Source of the DNA: Eledone cirrhosa
Taxonomy: Eukaryota
Assembly (NCBI GenBank): GCA_964016885.1
Contig: OZ024742.1
Location: forward strand, 121,954,001-122,018,000
Direction: 5' to 3'
DNA: 64,000 bases
This document shows, one piece after another, positions 53,178 to 64,000 of this stretch (position 1 is its first letter; every line of letters begins with the position of its first letter). Under the pieces are notes generated by a model. It saw only the letters and a program-made list of their open reading frames with translations. It was not told where the DNA came from and searched no databases. The position numbers and the translations under genes were made by a program.

Positions 53178-53917
53178 ACGAAACTGCATTCGTTAGTTTG
53201 GCTGCTACAAAAAGCTTCGTTGATGCTGTACTAAAATTTGTATTATTAACTCATAGAATTAACGATTAATTGGTTAATTTAATTAGACAATTCTATTGAT
53301 TGATTAATTGTTTATGTTTGTTTGATAACTTCTAGTTGAGTGCTTAGTTCGGTTTGTGTAAGGGAATTTTATTCCTTTGTTCCAAATTTCGAATTGACCG
53401 CCAAAACGGCGGGGATTACCTCCCTTTGGGAGAACCATGTGCCTCTGCAGTGTTTACTGCTAGAAAGCACACCCGTGAGGAACAGAACGAAAATCTTGTT
53501 GACGAAGTAAATTCCTTTGTTCTGTCGTCAAAAGCCATTAACTTACAGACCCCTGCAAGTGGATTTTCTCGATTTCGGATTTACAGAACCTAGCGGAGAT
53601 GTTGTATGTTGTATGTGATGTATATTGTATGGTATACATTATGTGTTTCATGCAATGTCTACGCGATGGTCCAGGTCAGTCAAAACTTTTTCCTGAGTTC
53701 AGTTTTTTTCGTCGCTATGGTCTCTGCGACCCGTCTATCGGTCGCTGTATTTGATTTGCAAAGCTTTCTAAACGTAATGTTATAACTCTGGGGTAATATT
53801 CTCCATTGAGTGCTTAGCTGTACACCGAATCTGCTTGGTTGCTACCAAAAGCTTCGTTGATGCTGTACTAAAATTTGTTTGTAAAATTTGCAAAAATTGT
53901 ATTTATATATATATATA

Positions 53918-54027
<110 letters not shown>

Positions 54028-54251
54028 TTGCGAGGTTTTTGATATGAAATCGTGTGTCGAAACAAATATTGTTATACTTGGGGAGGGTCATATTGCTAGA
54101 ATTAATAACAGAACACACTCACTGTTTGGTTGGTTTTCGCTTCTATATCTTTTATATCAGTTAATTTATTCGGTCCTCATTCTTTACCATTGACTGACCA
54201 GCGATAAAAAAATACAGATATAATATAGACACAAACACATATATATAGTCT

Positions 54252-54293
54252 AACAAAGTTCTTTCGTTGCCCATCTGCAAAATCGTCAGTGTT
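54252..54293 (-). ncRNA. Hammerhead motif in the PLE 3' region
   Basis: AACA-CTGACGA-ttttgc-agatgg-gcaac-GAAA-gaac-TT-TGTT. Confidence 0.62.
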
Positions 54294-57217
54294 GATATTA
54301 TTATGTTCCTCCTGTTGTATTGTATATCTACGCCATCTTTATTTAATCTGTTTATTTATTTATTTATTTATTTTTGTCGTCTTCTCAGCGCATGCGTTTG
54401 CGTGTGTGTATAGTGTTTGGTGTGTGTTCATGTTTGGGGGACTGTTTTGGTTATTGTATTCTATCTTAGTTTACTGGTGTGTGTATTTGTTGTTATTGTG
54501 CTTGTGTATATATTTATTTATTTATTCGTTTATATTTCTCTTAAGTCAATATTGTTTGTTTAGGTTTTGTTGTTATTCCATTCATTTCTTTCTGTTGAGC
54601 TTTGGCCTTCTAAGTTCTATTTCACTTGCCTCTCTGATTTGCTTATCTGCTGGGTCATTTCTATGTTTAGATATTATTTTAATTTCTATGTTGTCTATAT
54701 TACCGTCATGTTGTTGTCTGGCGTGTTCGTATAGTACTGAACCATTTTTTGGTCCTTTTAGTCCCTCCCCCAGTGTTGATCTATCCTTTCACCTATGCTA
54801 CGAGCTGTCTAACCTATGTATGTTGTTGTCATGTTTCTGCAAGTACCCTCTGTACATCTGATGCTATAGACTACGTTTCTAGTTTCACAGTTTATCCGGG
54901 GCTTCACTTTACATATAATACATTTCCTATTAGTACAGTGGGTTTACTTACTTAAAAGAGTATATTTTGCTGATCAGAGATTTCATGGTAGTTCCTGGCT
55001 TTTCTACCACTTTAATCTTTAAGTGGGTCTTTCTCAGAGTCTTTCTACACTGCTTAGCTAATTTCCCTCCAGGGGTAGCGTACACGAACATGACACTCTG
55101 GTATCTCTGGTTGTCATACCATGAGGTGGCTTTCCCTATCTTATGTTTAGTCCTATCTAAGCTATTCCATGATTTGCTCCTGTATAATGGACAAATTCCT
55201 TTCATGTCCAGTTCTATGATGGTCTTATTCTTCTCCGTGGCTCCTTCGTATACTCTGATTCTGTCTCTTTGGTTGTAGCCAGAGAACTGCATGCGGTTGA
55301 TGAAGTGTTGGATGTGTCTTTCCATTTCTGTTGCGTCGGTACATGCGGGATACGTTCTTCATCACACGTACCAAGTCTGCGATCAGAATATTAAACTTAG
55401 CAGTACTGGACATTGCTGAGTTTTTGAGTATCAGGTATTTGGAGGCCATGGGTTTAGCGTAGTGTGAGTGGAGAATTTGGGCCCTCTCGTCTATAGTGTT
55501 AATCCAGATTTCCGTGTCTAATACAGGTAGTCTACTGTTAAGGTGTTTGGAAGGGTAGTCGATAGTTGCAGTTATACTCTGGTATGCTTTCCATTGTGCT
55601 AGATTCTAAATCATGCTTGTTAGTACTCTCTTGTGGGGGTGTTCTTATTACTATATTAATGTCGTCTACGTAATGAGATTACATGATGAGGTCTATGGAG
55701 CTCTCATCAAGGAGATATTTAAGTCTCCTTTCTCACCATACCATAAAAAGGTTGGCAACGTCACCAGCTATCCTGACGGCAATGGCTGCTCCCTCATTTT
55801 GGGTGTAGATCTTCTCGTTGAATTTGAATATGTGGCCCTCTAGGGTAGTTTTGATACTAGCCCTTATTGCATGTGCGATTATTTTTCTTACCTGATCGTT
55901 GTATTTGGGGGTCCGTATGGCTTTGGTCCACCCAATCCACCTTCCCACATGACTCTTTTTTGCCATTGAGGTTATGGTGGGGGTCTACCTCTTATGGGTC
56001 TACTGGGGCAGAAACGGCTAAGGCCATGGCTGTCTAGGTAGTCAGTGTCATAGTTAAGTCTAAGTAGGAGGCCCAGTCCGTCTGTGTCGACGTCGCAGAA
56101 CTCCACCTCACTCTCACTGATCATCTCCACACATTTTTTCACAGCAAAATCAATGTTAATGGATGTGTATAGTGATACCACGTCCATACTGCCTATTATG
56201 CAGTTAGACAGGTTTTTGTTTTTGTTGCATTCATTGATTCTCCTGAGGAGGTTCTCTGTACTGTCACATACACCTGGGAACATCTTGATTATGGGGCGTA
56301 TAACCATTGAGAGGAAGTACGAGATCCTGTAGTTGCTAGAGATATTGGCTCCGCATACAGGTTTTGTTGGTGGTTCTGTTGTCGGGTCGACGACTGTCTT
56401 ATGGTCTTTGCGGAGCCCATACAAGGGTGATTTGTCATTGTTAGATGCCTGGAAGTTGTTGACAGTGCGTCTGCTTGGCTTTAGGATGTCGGTCCACATC
56501 ATCATGTGAGCGTTGAAGATCTTCTCTCTCCCCTCATGTATTTGCTGTGTAAGTTCGCTCGTCTTGGTGATGTGGGGTTTCATAGCCTTGATGTAGTTCG
56601 GCATGCTATTTATCGACATCCTACCAGATTTATCTGTGGGTAGACACACTACCTCACCATCCCTTGTGCGCTGCTTGAGGCTAACTAAGCCTTTTACAGG
56701 TTTCCTTCCAAGCTGTTGGAACTCTGGTTTGCTTTGTCTTTTAGTATATCGGTCTACTATATGTCTAATCTTATTTCTATCTATGGTGAACTGTGCCTCT
56801 GTCTCGTCATCTATTTGTTGTGGTATACAAACTCTTTATTAAAGGGTAACCTTGTAGGATAAATATTACTCATCTGATATGATTTGTCAGCTGGATTGAA
56901 GAATAGTTTCTCTAAAGAGTTGTCATTATATCTATCGTCATAGTTGTGTGTGTTGCTATTATTGTTATGATTGTTAGATGTATTGCTGTTGTTTTCTCTA
57001 TTGTTGTTGTTACTGTTATTTCTACCATTGTGGTTGTTACTTTTATTATTATGTTTCTTGTTTTTGTTGTTGTGTCTATCATTAATGTTGCTACACGTAT
57101 TATTTCCATTATTACTACTGTGGTTGTTGTTGTTGTTACTCGTATTATTTCCATTATTACTACTGTGGTTGTTGTTGTGTCTGTCGTTAATGTTTCTATT
57201 ATTATTATTGTGGTTGT

Positions 57218-57400
57218 AGGGCAGTGGATTGGCAGTATCGGTAGAGCGCCGGACGCCATGCTTTCCAGCATAGTTACGTCCCTTTACGGTTTGAGTTCAA
57301 ATCCCGCCGACGTTCACTTTGCCTTTCACCCTTACGGGGTCGATAAAATAAAGTACCAGTAATGTACTGGCCTTGTGCCAAAAAAGTAGAAACAATTATT
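57218..57400 (+). mobile_element. Full-length SINE family A with a 17-bp TSD, inside the PLE
   Basis: ATTATTATTGTGGTTGT at 57201-57217 and 57395-57411; A and B boxes present. Confidence 0.92.
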
Positions 57401-57708
57401 ATTGTGGTTGTTGTTGTTCTGTCTATCGTTAATATTACTACCATTATTATTACTATTTCTCACTCTCCTGCTATTGTCATTGTTATGACTATTACTCTTA
57501 TAGCTGTTATTTCTATACGCAGAGTTATTGTCCGTATAGTTGTTGTTGTTTATGTTCGCATTCCAACGTATTTTTGTGAAACACTTTTCCAGCTCCGTTT
57601 TGCACTCGATTGGATTTAACTTTTTGTAGATAGCAAATTTCGGTGGCAGCTGTGGAGATTGTAGTTCTTGTTCATTGATTAAAGTGTTCCCATAAATATT
57701 TATAGGAA

Positions 57709-59815
57709 CGCACTGTCAACAACTTCCAGGCATCTAACAATGACAAATCACCCTTGTATGGGCTCCGCAAAGACCATAAGACAGTCGTCGACCCGACAAC
57801 AGAACCACCAACAAAACCTGAATGCGGAGCCAATATCTCTAGCAACTACAGGATCTCGTACTTCCTCTCAATGGTTATACGCCCCATAATCAAGATGTTC
57901 CCAGAAGTATGTGACAGTACAGAGGACCTCCTCGGTAGAATCAATGAATGCAACAAAAACAAAAACCTGTCTAACTGCATAATAGGCAGTATGGACGTGG
58001 TATCACTATACACATCCATTAACATTGATTTTGCTGTGGGAAAATGTGTGGAGATGATCGGTAAGAGTGAGGTGGAGTTCTGCGACGTCGACACAGATGA
58101 AATGGGCCTCCTACTATGACACTGACTACCTAGGCAGCCATGACCTTAGCCGTTTCTTCCCCAGTAGACCCATAAGAGGTAGACCCCCCACCATAACCTC
58201 AATGGCAAAAAAGACACCCATGGGAAGCTAGATTTGGGTGGACCAAAGCCATACGGACACCCCAAAACAACGATCAGGTAAGAAAAATAATCGCACATGC
58301 AATAGGGGCTAGTATTAAAACTACTCTAAAAGGCCACATATTCAAATTCAACAAGATCTACACCCAAAATGATGGAGCAGCCATTGGCGTCAGCATAGCT
58401 GGTGACGTTGCCAACCTTTTTATGGTATGGTGGGAAAGGAGACTCAAAGATCTCCTTGATAAGAGCTCCATAGACCTCATCATGTACTCTCGATACGTAG
58501 ACAACATTAATATAGTAATAAGAACAACCCCACAAGATAGTACTAACAAGTATGATTTAGAATGTAGCACAATGGAATGCATCCAGCAGATAGCTAAATC
58601 CATACACCAGAGTATAACTGTAACTATTGACTACCCTTCCAAACACCCTAACAGTAGACTACCTGTATTATAAACGGAACTCTGGATAACACTATAGACG
58701 AGAGGGCCCAAATTCTACACTCACACTACACTAAACCCATGGCCTCCAAATACCTGATACTCAAAAACTCAGCAATGCCAGTAGTGCTAAGTTTAACATT
58801 CTGATCGCAGACTTGGTACGAGTGATGAAGAACGTGTCCTGCATATGCGACCCAACAGATATGGAAAGACACATCCAACACTTCATCAACCGCATGCAGT
58901 TCTCTGGCTACAACCAAAGAGACAATCAGAGTATACGAAGGAGCCACGGAGAAGTATAAGACCATCATAGAACTGGACATGAAAGGAATTTGTCCATTAT
59001 ACAGGAGCAAATCACGGAATAGCTTAGATAGGACTAAACATAAGATAGGGAAAGCCACCTCATGGTATGACAACCAGAGATACCAGAGTGTCATGTTCGT
59101 GTACGCTACCCTTGGAGGAAAATTAGCTAATCAGTGTAGAAAAGCCCTAAGAAAGACCCACTTAAAGATTAAAGTGGTAGAAAAGCCAGGAACTACCATG
59201 AAATCTCTGATCAGCAAAATATACTCTTTTAAGTAAGTAAACCAACTGTACTAATAGGAAATGTATTATATGTAAAGTGAACCCCCGGATAAACTGTGAA
59301 ACTAGAAACGTAGTCTATAGCATCAGATGTACAGAGGGTACTTGCAGAAACATGACAACAACATACATAGGTTAGACAGCTCGTAGCATAGGTGAAAGGA
59401 TAGATCAACACTGGGGGGAGGGACTAAAAGGACCAAAAAATGGTTCAGTACTATACGAACACGCCAGACAACAACATGACGGTAATATAGACAACATAGA
59501 AATTAAAATAATATCTAAACATAGAAATGACCCAGCAGATAAGCAAATCAGAGAGGCAAGTGAAATAGAACTTAGAAGGCCAAAGCTCAACAGAAAGAAA
59601 TGAATGGAATAACAACAAAACCTAAACAAACAATACTGACTTAGAGAAATATAAATGAATAAATAAATAAATATATACACAAGCACAATAACAACAAATA
59701 CACACACCAGTAAACTAAGATAGAATAGAATAACCAAATAACAGTCACCCAAACGCGAACACACTCCAAACACTATACACACACGCAAACGCATGCGCAG
59801 AGAAGACGACAAAAA

Positions 59816-59846
<31 letters not shown>

Positions 59847-60123
59847 ACAGATTAAATAAAGATGGCGTAGATATACAATACAATAGGAGGAACATAATAA
59901 TTGCACCACTGACGATGTTGCAGATGTGCAACGAAAGAACTTTGTTAGACTATATATATGCGTTTGTATCTATATTATATCTGTAAATGGTAAACATTGA
60001 GGACCGAATAAATTAACTAATATAAAAGATACAGAATCGAAAACCAACCAAACAGTGAGTGTGTTCTGTTATCAATTCTGGCAATATTATTACAACAATA
60101 TGACCCTCCCCAAGTATAACAAT
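57709..60123 (+). mobile_element. Penelope-like retroelement, inverted 5'-truncated partner of 54025-56468
   Basis: Begins cgcactgtcaacaacttccaggc (reverse complement of ~56446-56468); same RT/GIY-YIG motifs (RYVDN); ends atgaccctccccaagtataacaata then (TA)n. Confidence 0.9.
59905..59946 (+). ncRNA. Hammerhead motif in the PLE 3' region
   Basis: AcCA-CTGACGA-t-GTTGCA-gatg-TGCAAC-GAAA-gaac-TT-TGtT; perfect 6-bp stem II. Confidence 0.68.
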
Positions 60124-60339
60124 ATGTATATATATATATACACATATATATATACATATATATATATGTATGTATAAGGATAGAGAAAATTAAGTGAGAG
60201 AGAGGAATCAGGATTTTATTAGAAGCCAATTGTTTGTCAGTTAGATTGAACTAGAAACCACTTGGTTGCGAAGTAAATGCCTAAAACACATACATGGTCA
60301 TGCATGCACAGAACTTGAGTAGAAACAGGATCTAATCCA

Positions 60340-60657
60340 GGCACGTCTCATTCTTGTTGGAGGAATCCCTCCCTGGGTGACCTTTACCGCTTTCTGTTTG
60401 GCATTGGTCATATCTGGGGTGTAGCCGTACTCACAACGTTTGGACAGTTACGGGTTGGTGAGGTTATTTAACCCATAGCTGGGATGGCCGTTGACTCTGG
60501 GGAGTTAATCCGCTCTTATAGCAGCTCTTACATTTATGCTGCAGAGGTTCCCTCCTCACTAAACCAGGGTATGGTAGAGAAGCCGCTTTATTCATCGATC
60601 ACTTAACCATGAAGAAGGTTATATGGTACCTGTAACAGTCAGAAGCCTGACCTTACC
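60340..60657 (-). repeat. Unclassified dispersed repeat, homologous to 2620-2748
   Basis: See 2620-2748; GC-richer non-coding block. Confidence 0.6.
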
Positions 60658-61605
60658 TTAGAAAAGAGGATAAGTTCGATTAAATTAACTGCAGTAAATT
60701 ACTATTGTTGTACAGTAATATGTTCTAGAAAACCTGAAGGCAAACACTGACTGAATCAAAATCTGAGTTGAATGATGATAGCCATAATGATTTACATTTT
60801 GGCAAATCATCAGCATTCTATGTTGAATATTAAGTTTAGTGTATCGAGTTCTTAGATGCTTAAGTGTTTGTCTATAATTTAGAGTTGATAAAATATTTAA
60901 CAGGGGAATAAACATAAGAGTAACTATTTATCTATCCCGAAAGATAAAAAGAAAGAAAAAAACACTAGAAATAATTTAGATTAATGAATTGTTTCATCCT
61001 TTGATATCAGAATATCAATCAATGTGTGATCATTCTTAATCACTTCAAAAGAAATAATAATGAGGAAGTGATGCTCATGTATGTTTCAAGCACTTTATCA
61101 CTCTACGTAAAGGGAATGTGCGACAACTAGAAACAAAAAACCTGTGTGTGTGAGCACAAACATACACGCACACGTAAGAAGTCCAATATATACGCCTACT
61201 ATCACAATAGCTCGACACATACATATTCAAAACACACGATTGCATTCAAGCAAACGATACTTAGGCAGATTCACCAGGTACATATACTATATGAAACACA
61301 CAAAAGTACACATGGAACAGTAAACACGATTATATAGGCAAATAGTTATGAAAGAATATTAAACATATTATTGAGCTTTATATACTTCCCATTAATATGA
61401 TCTTGGAATTAAAATACAACAAAAATGAAAACTAAGGTTTCTGTACTTTAAATACATGGAACACATTTATTAAAATATGTTCCAGACTATAAATACATTC
61501 AGCCTCTACTTCTGTTATTTCTCCCTGAGATACATTAGAGTTAGGAGGCTGCTGCGATGTGTTAGTTTAAATGTATATGTGTGTATAAAGCAGGAAAATA
61601 TATAA

Positions 61606-61700
61606 TAATTGTTTCTATTTTGGCACTTGGCCAGAAATTAGCCAGTTGATTACTGGTACTTTATTTTATCGACCCCGTAAGGATGAAAGGCAAAGTTAAA
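61606..61700 (-). mobile_element. SINE family A, 5'-truncated
   Basis: aattgtttctattttggcac..ctggtactttattttatcgaccccgtaaggatgaaaggcaaagttaa. Confidence 0.85.
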
Positions 61701-61804
61701 CTATGTATGTGTATTAGATAAAACGCAAGTGATTTATAAGTAACTTACTTAAATTGAAAGTATTTATAATCTCATATATTTCAGCTCTGATCTGTTTTGC
61801 ATTA

Positions 61805-64000
61805 GAATAATGCACTTGCCAACTTGAAGGATGAAATTATGATCGAATGGATGAAAATGAAAGAATCTGACATGGGGGAACGAGACACCCTCCCTAAGAT
61901 CCAGAACTCCAAACAGAACCAAAAGATAATACACAAGACTAACATAATTCTCAAAAACATTATCATCACAAACAAACTAAACATTACTGATTTTAATCAT
62001 CTCTATTATGCATCGGCTAAAGTCACCACTCACTTATGTAGAGTGAAAATGAAAAAACAAAGGAATTCCCACAAGAAATCTACTTGGCAAGAGAACATCA
62101 ATCTCCAAATAAACCTTCTCCGATCTGACATAAAAATGTTAACAAACTACAAAGTAGGTGAACATGTTAAACAAACTAAACTTAGAAAATTGAAAAGAAA
62201 ATACAGTATAAAATCAACAAGTGACATAGAAATGCTGATAGAAATAATCAAGCAAAAAGTGTCGGCCAAAGCTGCTCGTATAAGGCGCTTTGAAAAACAA
62301 TCTAGATTCTATAAGGACAATGATATGTTCAAAAACAACCAAAGAAACTTCTACAGAAAAATTGGCAAGTCAACAATAACTGCTAAATCAATACCACCCA
62401 AGGAGGAAGTGCAAGAATTCTGGGAAAAGATCTGGGCCGAAGAAAAAGTTCATAATATACATGCCCCATGGATAGACAGACAAATGAAAGATACAGCACA
62501 CATTGAGGAACAAATATGGAAAAATATAACAGTTGAACAGTTGCGTTTGGCTCTTAGAAAAACCAGCAAATGGAAATCCCCAGGAAAAGACAAAATACCA
62601 AATTTTTGGATAAATGCTTTCACAGAGTCTCATGAGCTGTTAGCCCAACTTTAGAATGAAATAGTTAAGGAGCCAGAAAAGATACCACCATGGCTAGTTA
62701 ACGGCATTACATTCCTGCTTCCGAAGAATGATGAGACAAACAATCCCCAAAATTACAGACCGATAACTTGCTTGACCACAATGTATAACATTTTAACATC
62801 AGTCCTAACTGAATATACATATGACCACCTGATAACAAATGACCTATTTCCCAATGAGCAGAAAGGGTGTAAACGAGGCTCATATGGCTGTAAGGATCAG
62901 CTTTTGGTTAACAAAATGATACTGGAAGATTGTCATAATAGACACAACAATCTATTGCTTGGATAGATTATAAAAAAGCATTAGATAGTTTGCCACACAG
63001 TTGGATTGAAAAATGTTTAGAGATTTTCAAAATATGTCCCGTTGTCAGGAGGTTCTTGTCATTCAGTATAAAGACATGGAAAACGACACTCCTTTTGAAT
63101 AGTGAAAAGGAATCACTGGAAGCTGGAGAAGTTAATATTAATTTGGATTTTTTCAGGGCGACTCTTTATCACCGCTTTTATTCTGCATAGGTAAAATGCT
63201 CAATGAAATAAAACATGGATATAAAGTCTATGACAAAACCATTAATCACTTGTTCTACATGGATGACCTGAAACTATTTGCAAAAAATGATGAACAATTG
63301 CAAGGGCTATTATCCACTGTGGTGCAGTTCAGTGATGACATTAAAATGGAGTTTGGACTAGATAAATGCGCCAAAGCAACGTTCACCAGAGGAAAGCTGC
63401 TGAAAAGTTCAGACATTAATCTTGATCGGGGGAATGTGATAAGAGAACTTGATCAAGAGGAAACTTACAAATATCTAGGTGTTTGTGAAGGAGACGGAAT
63501 CAAGCACTCGACAATGAGGGAAAGGATAAGGAACGAATGTTACCGCAGAATAAGAGCAATATTAAGAACGGAATTGATCGATGCCATAAACACGCTTTCC
63601 ATACCAGTAGTAACCTACAGTTACAACGTCATCAACTGGTCCAACTGGTCAAGCACAGAGATCCGTAGGCTCGATACAAAAATTAGAAAATTCTTAACCA
63701 TGCATAGAATGCATCACCCGAAGGCAGATACAGATAGAATATATCTCCCTAGGAAAGAAGGAGGACGTGGGTTAATCCAGTTAGACATTGCGTTGAAAAC
63801 TGCAACAATTGAATTATCTACATATCTAAGGGAATCACATGATTGGATGATCAAACTCGTTTCGAAACACGAACGCATCAAAAGATCATGCTCCATTACA
63901 AAAGATGCACAAATATACAGTAATGGACTACAAATTTCAGAAGTCCCATTTACTGCTGAAATAGAAAACACAGAAAAAGCAAAGCAGGTAAAAGTAACTG
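61805..64000 (+). mobile_element. R4/Dong-clade LINE ORF with RT, disrupted; runs off the window end
   Basis: WKSPGKDKIPNFW, NYRPITCL, EQKGCKRGSYGCKDQLL, WIDYKKA, FQGDSLSPL, HLFYMDDLKLF, MEFGLDKCAK, YKYLG and RIYLPRKEGGRGL; stop at ~62652 and frameshifts. Confidence 0.93.

Noticed and set aside
59230-59610. Selenocysteine recoding of the PLE endonuclease region, reported for some Naiad elements
   Set aside because: The Cys positions I could read are TGT/TGC, and the shared stops are TAA and TAG rather than TGA at Cys sites.

Overview
Eukaryotic, very AT-rich, repeat-dominated DNA with no recognisable intact host gene. The SINE families and microsatellite load suggest an octopus or other coleoid cephalopod (inference). 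Most long ORFs in the track are translations of (TA)n microsatellites. The real content is transposable elements. These include two tRNA-derived SINE families, decayed RTE, CRE-like and R4/Dong LINEs, two tandem Tx1-clade LINEs in a (CTAT)n tract, a Helitron 3' end, and Penelope-like elements (PLEs) with RT and GIY-YIG domains. The main observation is a recurring architecture: minimal type I hammerhead ribozyme motifs (CTGANGA..GAAA-short, often palindromic loop-TH) from several unrelated families sit next to (TA)n tracts. They usually occur as head-to-head inverted pairs with both 3' ends facing outward into the microsatellite. This is seen from ~270-bp palindromes (42.7-43.9 kb, 52.6-53.2 kb), through a ~400-445-bp tandem retrozyme-like repeat (6.1-7.1 kb, 50.4-52.3 kb), up to a ~6-kb inverted pair of RT/GIY-YIG PLEs (54-60 kb). 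All calls were made by eye and boundaries are approximate.
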